From Octopus bimaculoides (Eukaryota): 63,869 nt of DNA. Made by a program: the position numbers and the translations under genes. The notes beneath the pieces were generated by a model that saw nothing but the letters and a program-made list of their open reading frames with translations, was not told the origin of the DNA and made no database searches. This document shows, piece after piece, positions 51,670-63,869 of this stretch; position 1 is the first letter of the stretch; every line of letters starts with the position of its first letter. Location of the stretch: assembly GCF_001194135.2 (NCBI RefSeq), contig NC_068994.1:8198311-8262179 (forward strand). The letters are read 5' to 3'.

Positions 51670-52566
51670 NNNNNNNNNNNNNNNNNNNNNNNNNNNNNNN
51701 NNNNNNNNNNNNNNNNNNNNNNNNNNNNNNNNNNNNNNNNNNNNNNNNNNNNNNNNNNNNNNNNNNNNNNNNNNNNNNNNNNNNNNNNNNNNNNNNNNNN
51801 NNNNNNNNNNNNNNNNNNNNNNNNNNNNNNNNNNNNNNNNNNNNNNNNNNNNNNNNNNNNNNNNNNNNNNNNNNNNNNNNNNNNNNNNNNNNNNNNNNNN
51901 NNNNNNNNNNNNNNNNNNNNNNNNNNNNNNNNNNNNNNNNNNNNNNNNNNNNNNNNNNNNNNNNNNNNNNNNNNNNNNNNNNNNNNNNNNNNNNNNNNNN
52001 NNNNNNNNNNNNNNNNNNNNNNNNNNNNNNNNNNNNNNNNNNNNNNNNNNNNNNNNNNNNNNNNNNNNNNNNNNNNNNNNNNNNNNNNNNNNNNNNNNNN
52101 NNNNNNNNNNNNNNNNNNNNNNNNNNNNNNNNNNNNNNNNNNNNNNNNNNNNNNNNNNNNNNNNNNNNNNNNNNNNNNNNNNNNNNNNNNNNNNNNNNNN
52201 NNNNNNNNNNNNNNNNNNNNNNNNNNNNNNNNNNNNNNNNNNNNNNNNNNNNNNNNNNNNNNNNNNNNNNNNNNNNNNNNNNNNNNNNNNNNNNNNNNNN
52301 NNNNNNNNNNNNNNNNNNNNNNNNNNNNNNNNNNNNNNNNNNNNNNNNNNNNNNNNNNNNNNNNNNNNNNNNNNNNNNNNNNNNNNNNNNNNNNNNNNNN
52401 NNNNNNNNNNNNNNNNNNNNNNNNNNNNNNNNNNNNNNNNNNNNNNNNNNNNNNNNNNNNNNNNNNNNNNNNNNNNNNNNNNNNNNNNNNNNNNNNNNNN
52501 NNNNNNNNNNNNNNNNNNNNNNNNNNNNNNNNNNNNNNNNNNNNNNNNNNNNNNNNNNNNNNNNNN

Positions 52567-52606
<40 letters not shown>

Positions 52607-53295
52607 AGCAGAAGCTATTGTCTTACAGTCGAAACGGTGGTTGTCAGAAAGTTTACTTACGCGTAAGAAATTGACGTAGAAGTAGGTGATGAAGGGGGTG
52701 GGGGTGAGAGGGGGGTTGAGGACAGGAGCAGACTACGTAAGGTAGAGGAGGAGTAGGAGGTTAGGGAATGACTTTGAAGAAATCGATCCACTCTTTGTGA
52801 AAAATAAAATTATTGAAGGACTAACAATGAGGACATCGTCTCGTAGCAGACAATAGAAGTTTAAACAATAGGAAATAAATAAATAAGTAAATAAATAAAT
52901 AAATAAATAAATGAGCAATATCGTCAACACCACCGTCACTACCACCACCACCAACAACATAAACAACAACACCGCAACTGCATTACTAGTAACAATAATA
53001 ATAGTGAAAAAATATATATCCTTGCACTACTAACTTTTGTAATACAGTAAATATTAGTTTCTTTGGTTTTACTTCGTGTTTTTTTGTTTTGTTTTTCGTC
53101 CCGAACCTTAAACTTTTCTCTCCTAAAATACCTGCGACCCGGGTGGTTTGCTGCCACTGCGATGCAAGCTGGAACTTGGACTAACACGGCTGGGTCAACT
53201 AGGAAATGGTGTCTTACGCTGAAGAAGCTTAAAACACCGAAACTCCAGAAACATCCAGAATAATACCTCCCAGAGCATCTGTGAGATATAGCTAC

Positions 53296-53335
<40 letters not shown>

Positions 53336-53478
53336 GCATATGTGGTCGTTTACAATCTCAATGATGGTTCTTGCTATCAACATTTCTACAATCCAATAAT
53401 ATATAATTAATAAACACCTTGTGGCAATGAAATTTGCTGATATGTTTATAGATAATAGCGCAATGAAATTGTATGAGG

Positions 53479-53526
<48 letters not shown>

Positions 53527-55165
53527 CAGAGAGAGAGAAAGAAAGAGAAAGAGAGATAGAAAATATAAAGAGGGAACTCTATCTCGTAGTGTTAAAAACA
53601 CTATCAGTGAATTAAAATTAGTTTTCTGTTGCTGATATTTTCAATAATAAATGAAACGCGAAAGCCACATTTTGATAAAACAAACTAAAATAACAATTTA
53701 TAAGAATCTTTTATACAGTGTAGACTTTGATAGGTTTTTTTCTTTTTATAAAGTTACACACTCCCATCTAATCAATGAACAGCTTTCTCTATTATAGGGT
53801 AAACTTATTCTGTAAAAACCCGAAGCCCTTGGTTCATTGGAAATGACTCAAAATACAATTACACGATAGGGAATATAAACAGAGCCCTAAATACTGTTTA
53901 TTTGTCGCGCAATTTAAACTCTGAATCACACTAGATAGGCAAATCTTTTAATACTGTCATGCCACCACCGGTGGAATGTGCACTCCACCTCGAGAAACAC
54001 TTCTTTGCATGTTTAAGTCGTGACGGGCTGTGATTCTAATTGTATTATGATTAAAAGTGCTATAACCTGAACTATTTGGACTACAGTATCGAATATTATC
54101 TTGCTTTTCAGTTTTTGCTTTTAAACAATAGTCAAGCGTCTTGTCCAACGTGGTTAAGACGTCTTTTTCAAAATACAACACTCTTTACCCAATAACTGAG
54201 AATCCAGTAATTTTTTTCTTTATTTTCTTTTTTTGGTTTTGCTTTTTAGATGTTGCACTGATATTCGTGGAATCTATTAACTAATGGAACATTTTAAGCC
54301 ACATTTAAGCATGTGAACACGTTTTAACTTGATGAATGTGTGTATGTTTGACACTGAAACAGAGACCTCTGACTGTGTTGCAACGGAACAAATGTTTTCA
54401 AAAGATTTCGTATGCCATCTTGTAGACAGAAAGTTGACAGCTTTAAACTAAGAAGAGCTCGTTTGAGGATATTTTTGTGTTTGTTTTCTAATAAGCCAGA
54501 GTGAGTGTGTAACAGTCGCCGTTGATTTTGAGGTGGTTAAGGCTATTAAAATATATGATTACAGACATCGGTCGGAAGACATTTAATTACAAGGAAAAAT
54601 ATAGTCGAAATTGTTTGGTGCAAGGCTTCGATGGAAGTGATGCAATTTCTGTGTTGCAATGCAGAATGATAAATACATAGAGTCAATGAAGTATTTTAAT
54701 TGCAGCCAGGATGCAGACAAGAACGACAGAAGAAGACGGGAGAAGGAGGAGGAGAAGAAGAAGAAGAAAAGGTTGTTGCATTTGCGGTATAGGAGAATGT
54801 TTAAAAGATGGACACTTCTTTCTGCCAATAAACCAAACAAAATTGGAAGAATTTTCTGGAAAAAAGATGGCAACGATCAATCTAATAATGTTTTGAATTC
54901 ACTCAAAGAGATCGATATTTGTAATGAAGATGTGAAGGCAGCAGTGTTCTGGTTAACTGAATCAAACAAAATAACAGAACATTACTTAGTAAATGTATAT
55001 ATGCTGGCACTGTTACAAAACTACTAAAGTAGCTTAGAAAATTAACAATATATTTCGGGCGAATATATTTTCACAATTAACGATATAATTCGGAAGCTCC
55101 CTTCGCCTGTAAAATGCTTGTCGGCGAATTATTTAAAATACTCAGCAATCAAGTTTTACATACTA

Positions 55166-55529
55166 TACTCTTTTTTACTCTTTTACTTGTTTCAGTCGTT
55201 TGACTGCGGCCATGCTGGAGCACCGCCTTTAGTCGAGCAAATCGACCCCGGGACTTACTCTTTGGAAGCCTAATACTTATTCTATCGGTGTCTTTTGCCG
55301 AACCGCTAAGTGACGGGGACATAAACACACCAGCATCGGTTGTCAAGCAATGCTAGGGGGATAAACACAGACACACAAACACACACATATATACATATAT
55401 ACGACGGGCTTCTTTCAGTTTCCGTCTATCAAATCCACTCACAAGGCTTTAGCCGGCCCGAGGCTATAGTAGAAGACACTTGCCCAAGATGCCACGCAGT
55501 AGGACTGAACCCGGAACCATGTGGTTGGT
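55166..55529 (-). mobile_element. SINE-B, nearly full length
   Basis: Collinear with 24005-24383 and includes CTTGCCCAAGATGCCACGC (reverse complement of the CORE motif CCTTGGGCAAG). Confidence 0.9.
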
Positions 55530-56678
55530 GTGTATATNNNNNNNNNNNNNNNNNNNNNNNNNNNNNNNNNNNNNNNNNNNNNNNNNNNNNNNNNNNNNNN
55601 NNNNNNNNNNNNNNNNNNNNNNNNNNNNNNNNNNNNNNNNNNNNNNNNNNNNNNNNNNNNNNNNNNNNNNNNNNNNNNNNNNNNNNNNNNNNNNNNNNNN
55701 NNNNNNNNNNNNNNNNNNNNNNNNNNNNNNNNNNNNNNNNNNNNNNNNNNNNNNNNNNNNNNNNNNNNNNNNNNNNNNNNNNNNNNNNNNNNNNNNNNNN
55801 NNNNNNNNNNNNNNNNNNNNNNNNNNNNNNNNNNNNNNNNNNNNNNNNNNNNNNNNNNNNNNNNNNNNNNNNNNNNNNNNNNNNNNNNNNNNNNNNNNNN
55901 NNNNNNNNNNNNNNNNNNNNNNNNNNNNNNNNNNNNNNNNNNNNNNNNNNNNNNNNNNNNNNNNNNNNNNNNNNNNNNNNNNNNNNNNNNNNNNNNNNNN
56001 NNNNNNNNNNNNNNNNNNNNNNNNNNNNNNNNNNNNNNNNNNNNNNNNNNNNNNNNNNNNNNNNNNNNNNNNNNNNNNNNNNNNNNNNNNNNNNNNNNNN
56101 NNNNNNNNNNNNNNNNNNNNNNNNNNNNNNNNNNNNNNNNNNNNNNNNNNNNNNNNNNNNNNNNNNNNNNNNNNNNNNNNNNNNNNNNNNNNNNNNNNNN
56201 NNNNNNNNNNNNNNNNNNNNNNNNNNNNNNNNNNNNNNNNNNNNNNNNNNNNNNNNNNNNNNNNNNNNNNNNNNNNNNNNNNNNNNNNNNNNNNNNNNNN
56301 NNNNNNNNNNNNNNNNNNNNNNNNNNNNNNNNNNNATATATATATATGAAATTCCATCTAAAAGACCACAGCCCCCGCTCTCCCAGAAAAAGACCCTACA
56401 AAAGAAACCAAATGCCCACCTCAATCTTTCGCTTTTCTTTTGGTCTTTTTTGTCTTTTCCCATTAAATAAGCCATTTATTTATTCATTTATTTGTTTGTG
56501 TTTGTTTGTGTTTTGCTTCATCTCTTCTCTTTATATATTTATTTATCGTTTTCAATCGTTTTACGTATCGCTTGTACAACACTCTGGAATATGAGCCGAA
56601 AATGAGTGCTACGTTCATATTTAACCGTAACCCGAGACAGTTTTTTACTACACCATGATATTATATTGCTCTCTCTCC

Positions 56679-56730
<52 letters not shown>

Positions 56731-57363
56731 NNNNNNNNNNNNNNNNNNNNNNNNNNNNNNNNNNNNNNNNNNNNNNNNNNNNNNNNNNNNNNNNNNNNNN
56801 NNNNNNNNNNNNNNNNNNNNNNNNNNNNNNNNNNNNNNNNNNNNNNNNNNNNNNNNNNNNNNNNNNNNNNNNNNNNNNNNNNNNNNNNNNNNNNNNNNNN
56901 NNNNNNNNNNNNNNNNNNNNNNNNNNNNNNNNNNNNNNNNNNNNNNNNNNNNNNNNNNNNNNNNNNNNNNNNNNNNNNNNNNNNNNNNNNNNNNNNNNNN
57001 NNNNNNNNNNNNNNNNNNNNNNNNNNNNNNNNNNNNNNNNNNNNNNNNNNNNNNNNNNNNNNNNNNNNNNNNNNNNNNNNNNNNNNNNNNNNNNNNNNNN
57101 NNNNNNNNNNNNNNNNNNNNNNNNNNNNNNNNNNNNNNNNNNNNNNNNNNNNNNNNNNNNNNNNNNNNNNNNNNNNNNNNNNNNNNNNNNNNNNNNNNNN
57201 NNNNNNNNNNNNNNNNNNNNNNNNNNNNNNNNNNNNNNNNNNNNNNNNNNNNNNNNNNNNNNNNNNNNNNNNNNNNNNNNNNNNNNNNNNNNNNNNNNNN
57301 NNNNNNNNNNNNNNNNNNNNNNNNNNNNNNNNNNNNNNNNNNNNNNNNNNNNNNNNNNNNNNN

Positions 57364-57433
<70 letters not shown>

Positions 57434-58263
57434 CGTGCGTACGTATATATGTGTGTGTGTGTTTCTTTTAGTCACGACTCAGCAGCTATCTTGTAACGAA
57501 TGACTCCGACGCTCTGGAAATAAAGGTTTCTTAAATTACGTCATTGAGAAATTTGATGTTTTTACATTATTATTGTTGTTTGTGTTCTTGTTGTTTGTAT
57601 TGGCCTGACTCCTGATACGGCATTTTGTTTAGTTTTTTTGGGGATTTTTTTTCATGGCCAGCCCAGTAAGCCAATAAGTTGAAAAACAAACAAACAAAAA
57701 ATAAAATCATTGTTGTCTCATGGTGATTATTTACAGTTAATAGAACAGAGTTATGCTTGTCGAAGAAAACAAAGAAACAAAAAAAAAACCTCGACATGAA
57801 TACTACAAATACACGCCAATGTAAACATACACAAAACATATATACATGCATAAACAAACACACGTATATATTCATTCTTTTATGACGTATTTGGCGGTGA
57901 TTGTATACAATACGCACAAACATGCATAGAATTATACATTCGTACATATAGAAGTTGTTGCGCGAAACAGTGATGAAAATAAATAAGCTTTAGGTCAGTT
58001 GAAATACGTTTGAGATGCATTTCAACTGGTGGAGGCTATTTTGCTGGGGGTTACTAAGGAGGGAATATTTTTCGCTGAACAGCATTGTCATCTCAAAACA
58101 CCCTTGGTGACTGAAGTATAGATTATATACACATGTATAGGAGTGGCTGAAAGGGCGTGTGGCCCCTGAAAAGAAAATTGTAAGAGGCAAGTACCGTATT
58201 TCAAAGACAGGAAAACTTGAAATTGTGAAGTAAGAGGTTTATAGCCTCAATTTGTAAATTTAT

Positions 58264-58307
58264 GTTGTTGTTGACACTCCGTCGCTTACGACGACGAGGG
58301 TTCCAGT
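58264..58307 (-). mobile_element. Extremely 5'-truncated (~44 bp) copy of the (CAA)n-tailed retroposon
   Basis: GTTGTTGTTGACACTCCGTCGCTTACGACGACGAGGGTTCCAGTT is the reverse complement of the 48134 terminus. Confidence 0.75.
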
Positions 58308-58345
58308 TTGTCCAGCCCGCAGCTACTCCTCTTTTTACTGCCCTC

Positions 58346-58676
58346 GTTGGCAAATTGAATGAAATAAAGTAGCTTGTTTACCAACCACATGGTTCGGGGT
58401 TCAGTCCCACTGTGTGGCACATTGGGCAAGTGTCCTCTACTATAGCTTCCTTCGGGCCGACCAAAGCTTTGTGAGTTGATTTGGTAGACGGAAACTGAAA
58501 GAAGCCTGTCGTATATACATATATACATGTGTGTGTGTGTGTATGTTAAGTNNNNNNNNNNGATATCGATAGACTAAGTACGAGGTTTAGAAAGAATAAG
58601 GTCCAGGGGTCGATTTGTTCGACTAAAGGCGGTGCTCCAGCATGGCAGCAGTCAAAATGACAAACAAATAAAAGAA
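58346..58676 (+). mobile_element. SINE-B (small gap inside)
   Basis: AAGTAGCTTGTTTACCAACCACATGGTTCGGGGTTCAGTCCC..GGGCAAGTGTC..GGGGTCGATTTGTTCGACTAAAGGCGGTGCTCCAGCATGG. Confidence 0.9.
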
Positions 58677-59389
58677 CAGACACGCATACACTTATACGTA
58701 TATACAAACGTACGCATATACACAAACACTTGCACACACACAGACACAAATACATCCATACGTATAGCCTTGAATGGGTGGATGGATGGATAGATAAATG
58801 GATGGATGGGTGGATGGATAGGTGTATGGGTGGACAGATATTGTAAAGAATCAGTGTATCTGTTTTTGATTTATGAAATCTTGGTAAAAATAAGCCAAAC
58901 TGAAAACCTTTTAACCAATTATATCTTAAGTCGCTCCAGCTATCTTAAAGACTCGTCGGCTTAGATAGAAGGAGATGATGTGTGACAGTTCTAAAGAGGC
59001 AGCTTTGTAAAGAGGTGTGAGCGAAGCTTTCAGCATCTTCAGAAGATATCACCAGAGCGATTTAAGATCGTTGTGTTTTCTGAAAGCGTTACTTAAAGGT
59101 TTAATGCAAGGAATATTCATGTAAATATAGTCAAAGAGCAGAGAAAAATTGGGAGAGGGAGAAATGACAGAGATATTGTACGGATAGAGGGGAGTGAGAT
59201 ATGATAAAGAGAGACGGAACGGGATTATGCATAGTGTATTTTTTTTGTTTAAAGAAATTGATTGGAAAATAATGGTACTTATGTAGTTTAATGTAAATCT
59301 TTAATAGTTTTAAATGCGCTTTTGTGAGGACAAGGAAGGAATTCTGCATAGAGATTATTAGCTCCACTGAAATATAATAAATAAATAAC

Positions 59390-59520
59390 TATGGACGTGT
59401 GGTTAAGGAAATTCGCTTCATAACCATGTCATTTCGGGTTGAGTTCCATTGCGTGACACCTTAGATAAGTTTCTTCTTCTATATCCTCAAGCCGATCAAT
59501 GGTTTGCGAAAGCCTTCTGT
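59390..59520 (+). mobile_element. Degenerate SINE-B head
   Basis: GTGTGGTTAAGGAAATTCGCTTCATAACCATGTCATTTCGGGTTGAGTTCCATTGCGTGACACCTTAGATAAGT. Confidence 0.55.
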
Positions 59521-59668
59521 AAGTAGGCTTATGTGTGTTCCGCCTGTATATATGTGCGTGTATACGCAGGGCCTGATCAAAACACCCCTGAGAGGCCCTA
59601 AGAACTTATAAGATTTTGGTGCCCCCCATATCTATGTGATACAAAATATAAACAATAATACCCTCTCT

Positions 59669-59880
59669 CTCTCTTTTACTCTTTTACCTGTTTCAGTCAT
59701 TTGACTGTGGCCATGCTGGAGCACCGCCTTTAGTCGAGCAAATCGACCCCAGGACTTATTCTCTGTAAGCCTCGTACTTATTCTATCGGTCTCTCTTGCC
59801 GAACCGCTAAGTTACGAGGAACTAAACACACCAGCATCGGTTGTCAAGCGATGTAGGGGGGGGGACAAACAGACACACAA
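59669..59880 (-). mobile_element. SINE-B, 3' half
   Basis: CTCTTTTACCTGTTTCAGTCATTTGACTGTGGCCATGCTGGAGCACCGCC.. up to the internal microsatellite. Confidence 0.9.
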
Positions 59881-59906
59881 ACATATATACACACACACAC
59901 GCACAC

Positions 59907-59941
<35 letters not shown>

Positions 59942-59950
59942 CACATGTAT

Positions 59951-60540
59951 ACAAACAAGGACAGACAAAGGGATTAAGTCGATTACATCGACCCAGTGCA
60001 TAACTGGTACTTATTTAATCGACCCCCGAAAGGATGAAAGGTAAGGTCGACCTCGGCGGAATTTGAACTCAGAGCATAATGGCAGACGAAATACCACTAA
60101 GCATTTCGCCCGGCGTGCTAACGTTTCTTATTTCTTTATTGCCCACAAGGGGCTAGGCACAGAGGAGACAAAACAAGGACAGACAAAGGTATAAAGTCGA
60201 TTACATAGACCCCAGTATGTAACTGGTACTTAATTTATCGACCCCCGAAAGTATGAAAGGCAAAGTCGACCTCGGCGGAATTTGAACTCAGAACGTAACT
60301 GCAGACGAAATACCTATTTCTTTACTGCCCCACAAGGGGCTACACACAGAGGGGACAAACAAGGACAGACAAACGGATTAAGTCGATTATATCGACCCCA
60401 GTGCGTAACTGGTACTTAATTTATCGACCCCGAAAGTATGAAAGGCAAAGTCGACCTCGGCGGAATTTGAACTCAGAACGCAGTGGCAGACGAAATACCG
60501 CTAAGCATTTCGCCCGGCGTGCTAACAGTTCTGCCAGCTC
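59951..60540 (-). mobile_element. Head-to-tail trimer of SINE-A, tail type 1 (59951-60128, 60129-60313, 60314-60540)
   Basis: Three consecutive, highly similar copies with no intervening genomic DNA. The two downstream copies (in sense order) lack their 5' ends. Confidence 0.9.
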
Positions 60541-61529
60541 ATATCACTGCAGGAACCGAAGGTAAACCACTGTGGGTTTTAAACTGAAATTATAGTCGTA
60601 AAGCTATAGTCTGTCACATACACATTTTATCGATGCAGCTGTTATAACTAATAATATTAGTGGCAGTAGTAATAGTAGTAGTAGCAGCAATAGTATTGTT
60701 TAAATATGGTAACAAAACAACAAAATATCAATAACGATGATAGCGTCGAGGATGGTGACACTGAAGGCGGTGGCGCTGACGACGATGATAGTGGTGCCGA
60801 ATGAATCTATTGTCGGTCGTCCCGATGAATATAATAAATATGCTTTCTAGACGTCTTGTCGCCAGTGTTGGATGGACCGATAGCCGCTGGCTATATTTTT
60901 AATATTGTAACGAAGGCTAACATAACTTATAACTTTATCCCCTAATTTTAATGACCTGTTGTTATAGGTCATGAACTTTCACTAAAAAAGCCGACTGGTA
61001 ATCGTTGCACTGTGTTTTTTAGTTGCATATTCTCTACTGTACAAGAGGTGCAACATAGACGTACAGAACTAAATGTTGCAATCTGACTGTATTAACTTGC
61101 ATTTTACACAGAGTCGTTAACAGAAGAATTCAGTTATGCAGTGGCTTTAACGTATTGGATTTCGGTTTAGCATTTTGAATATCTCCAGAGAGATATTGAA
61201 TACTCAGACATCGAAACACGGGAAGTGTGATTGTTTTATCAATTGGGAATTGTTTTCTTGTTTCTTTCTTTCTTTCTGTTTGTTTTTGTTTTTGAATAGT
61301 GAAGGGGATCCGGTGCAGACGGCTTAGTAAACTGATTAAGTATTTTACGGTATCTGGTTCAATGTTAGAGAGGTTAATCTTCCCATGAATCACAATCATC
61401 TATCCAGCCTTATAAATACCGGGGTATTTAACTCTTGATTTCTTGTGGTAGCATTTTAAGTCAATGAGATCCAACTCTAAATGCCTCACCTCCCCTCCCT
61501 AATCAGATCGACCAGCTAACCCTTACAAC

Positions 61530-61870
61530 CCGTTCTGAGTTCAAATTCCGCCGAGGCCAATTCAAATTTACTTTTTATCTTTTCAGGGACTGTTAAAGTA
61601 CCAATCAAAGGTAGCAGACCAGCAGAATGGTTAGAGCGCCGGATAGAATGACTCGCTGCTTTTATTCCGACACTTTGCGCTCAGAGTTCAAATCCCGCCT
61701 GGGCCAAGTCAAATTTGCTTTTCATCCTTTCGGGGTTCGATAAATACGATATAATAATCCAGGATCGTAGGTTAGCAGAATGACTAAAGTACCAGACAAT
61801 ATGCAATGCAGTACATGGGTATTTGTTCCGGTTCTTTGCATTTTGAGTTCAAATCACGTCGAGGACTATT
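61530..61870 (+). mobile_element. Three degenerate tandem SINE-A fragments
   Basis: GAGTTCAAAT B boxes at about 61537, 61685 and 61846, with GCAGAATG heads at about 61622 and 61776. Confidence 0.65.
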
Positions 61871-62211
61871 TGGATGTAAATTTAATCATTGTCCAGTTTA
61901 ACATACTTAATCGTCACTTAGAACATCTTTCGTGGAGTCCACTCATTTGCCAGTATTCAGGTCAAGTCTCCGGTTTGCAGATACCTTCGTACCTCTCTCT
62001 CCCATGAGGGCCATAGACATGGTTTTGTTCCAGACTCAGTGATAAAAAAATCGAAAAGTACATGACTTTTCTAGGGTAGGCCGGTCAACAGTCCTTGAGT
62101 TTGATATGAGTGAGCTAGCTGCGAGAGAGAGAGAGAGACATGAGGAGCGAATATGGTTCTATCTAAACTCCATAATAGCACTTTCAGTGGATGATTAGTT
62201 CAAGTGGTGAT

Positions 62212-62533
62212 GTGTTCTGAGTTCAAATTCCGCCGTGGTTGAGCTTGCCTTTCATCATTTCGGGGAGTCGATTTAATTTGACTAGCTCCCGCTCCCGAAA
62301 TTGCTGGCCTTGTGCCAAAATTATTATTATTATTATTATCTCTGTAATTGTGGCACGAAGCCAGCAACTTTTAGGATTACATCGGTGCCAGTGTTCAACT
62401 GGTACTTATTCTATAGACTTCGAAAGCAGAAAAGGTAAAGTCGACTTCGGCGGTATTCCAACAGAGATCGTGCATGTATAAGGTCACAAGAAATACAGCG
62501 AAAGATTTTGTCCGATGTGTTAACGATTCTGGT
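62212..62533. mobile_element. Tail-to-tail inverted pair of SINE-A (62212-62340 +, 62349-62533 -)
   Basis: The plus copy ends GCTGGCCTTGTGCCAAAATTATTATT and the minus copy starts GGCACGAAGCCAGCAAC, with one (ATT)n tract between them. Confidence 0.75.
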
Positions 62534-63040
62534 GAATGAATATGGCAGAGATGATGATGATGATGATGATAGAGGGGGGAGGAGGGGATAGGAGGAGGAG
62601 GACCGATTTATGATTCACTCAGTCTGGAGATGTACAAAAGAAAAAGAAACTCATATCAGAGCAAATGAGATATGCCATCTGATATAACAACAACAACAAC
62701 AACAACNNNNNNNNNNAATTCTCTCTGGCCCACCACCACCACCACCACAACCACTACCATACAAAAGTATGACTCCTCCGTCCCATTAATAAATCCAGAC
62801 AACTATTATGTGTTTGCTTGTTCCCAACGTAGCCTTTGCCGACCGAAGGACGTTAGTTTGATTATAGACAGGGACCAGTGGGGATGATTTATAATCACAA
62901 CTAATCTACTATTCATCTCCGTGAGATGAAGGGTTCTTCTTCTTCTCTTTTACGCCTTCCTCTTCTCCTCCTCTCCGTTTTCATCTTGTTTCTCCTTCTT
63001 ACAATTTTGACATACCATACTTAGTTGTTTTGTTTGTTTG

Positions 63041-63071
<31 letters not shown>

Positions 63072-63075
63072 CATC

Positions 63076-63295
63076 AAAGGCAGCGAGCTGGCAGAATCGT
63101 TCGTATGTCGGGCAAAAAATGCTTAGCGGCATTTCGTCTGTTCTGCACGTTCTGGGTTCAAATTCAACCGAGATCGACTTAACTTTTCATCTTTTTGGGG
63201 TCGATTAAATAAGTACCAATTGAACTCTGGGGTCGATGTAATTGACTCATCACCTACCCCAAAAATGCTGCCCTTGTTTCAAAATTTGAAACCAC

Positions 63296-63326
<31 letters not shown>

Positions 63327-63328
63327 GA
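63076..63328 (+). mobile_element. SINE-A, full length, tail type 2
   Basis: AAAGGCAGCGAGCTGGCAGAATCG..GGGTTCAAATTC..GGGGTCGATTAAATAAGTACC..AAATTTGAAACCAC(TAT)n. Confidence 0.9.
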
Positions 63329-63555
63329 TACACTGACATAGCTCGTCACTTTGCGGACCAACCCATTGCTGCTACTTAACTAATTCTGACCATTCTATTA
63401 TTATATTTGATTAATCTTAGATTAGATGACGTACAAACACGCGAGTGAAGATTAAGAAATAGAGAGAGAGACACACACACACACACAAACACACACGACA
63501 GACAAACGTATAACATGGCAGTCCAAATTCGATATTATGCGTAGTTACAAATGGT

Positions 63556-63860
63556 GCATAACTGGTACTTATTTAATCGATCCCGAAAGGATGAAAGGCA
63601 AAGTCGACCTCGGCTGAATTTGAACTCACAACGTAGCAGCAGACGAAATACCGCTAAGTATTTCGCCCGTCGTGCTAACGTTTCTGCCAGCTCGCCGTCT
63701 GACCAAATTCTTAGCGGCATTTCGTCAATCTTTAATTCTGGGTTAAAATTCCGTCGAGGCAGATTTTGCCTTTCATCCTTTCGGGGATCGAAGAAATAAG
63801 TACTAACTGAGCACTGGGGAGCGTTGTGGGGAGGAGGGGGGGGGTCAATGTAATCGGCTT
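63556..63860. mobile_element. Head-to-head SINE-A pair (63556-63696 -, about 63705-63860 +)
   Basis: The minus copy ends GCTAACGTTTCTGCCAGCTCGCC. The plus copy follows with CTTAGCGGCATTTCG..GCCTTTCATCCTTTCGGGG. Confidence 0.8.
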
Positions 63861-63869
63861 AAACCGGTC

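Noticed and set aside
53219-53250. CTGAAGAAG...CCGAAAC hammerhead-like string
   Set aside because: Stem II does not pair, there is no NUH triplet and there is no stem I complement.
53950-53962. TAATACTGTC (start of miR-8) and similar seed-length matches elsewhere
   Set aside because: The match stops after about 10 nt and there is no precursor hairpin.
54659-55027. 122-aa ORF with a possible acceptor at 54664
   Set aside because: It is built around a purine-rich GAA/GAG run, with no recognisable domain or good donor.
59020-59050. Minus-strand CTGAAGA-TGCT-GAAA-GCT-T hammerhead-like string
   Set aside because: There is no foldable stem II and no stem I pairing.
59568-59650. CAGGGCC..GGCCC..GGTGCCCCCC resembling an hAT-type MITE end
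   Set aside because: No matching opposite terminus or 8-bp TSD is visible.

Overview
Repeat-saturated, AT-rich, non-coding eukaryotic DNA from a draft assembly, with 21 N-gaps (about 8.4 kb) mostly flanked by (TA)n, (CA)n or (GA)n microsatellites. The repeat content (tRNA-derived SINEs, very dense microsatellites) looks like an octopus or other coleoid cephalopod genome; this is an inference. I found no credible host protein-coding gene: nearly every ORF in the track is a translated microsatellite or runs through Ns. The only recognisable protein is the N-terminal HTH fragment of a Tigger/pogo transposase (7283-7528, minus). Repeats present: about 24 copies of SINE family A (two alternative tails), about 11 of CORE-type SINE family B, 2 of SINE family C, three 3' ends of a (CAA)n-tailed RTE-type retroposon, two copies of a mariner-type MITE and a long-TIR foldback MITE. 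The family labels A, B and C are my own. The main discovery is four minimal type I hammerhead-ribozyme motifs with unrelated sequences (5960-6045 +, 19846-19890 -, 20416-20455 +, 21953-21987 -). Each has a different palindromic stem III, and three sit in short islands beside (TA)n tracts or gaps. This is the architecture known from Penelope-like retroelement pseudo-LTR ribozymes that cleave as dimers. Activity, expression and novelty cannot be established from the sequence alone.
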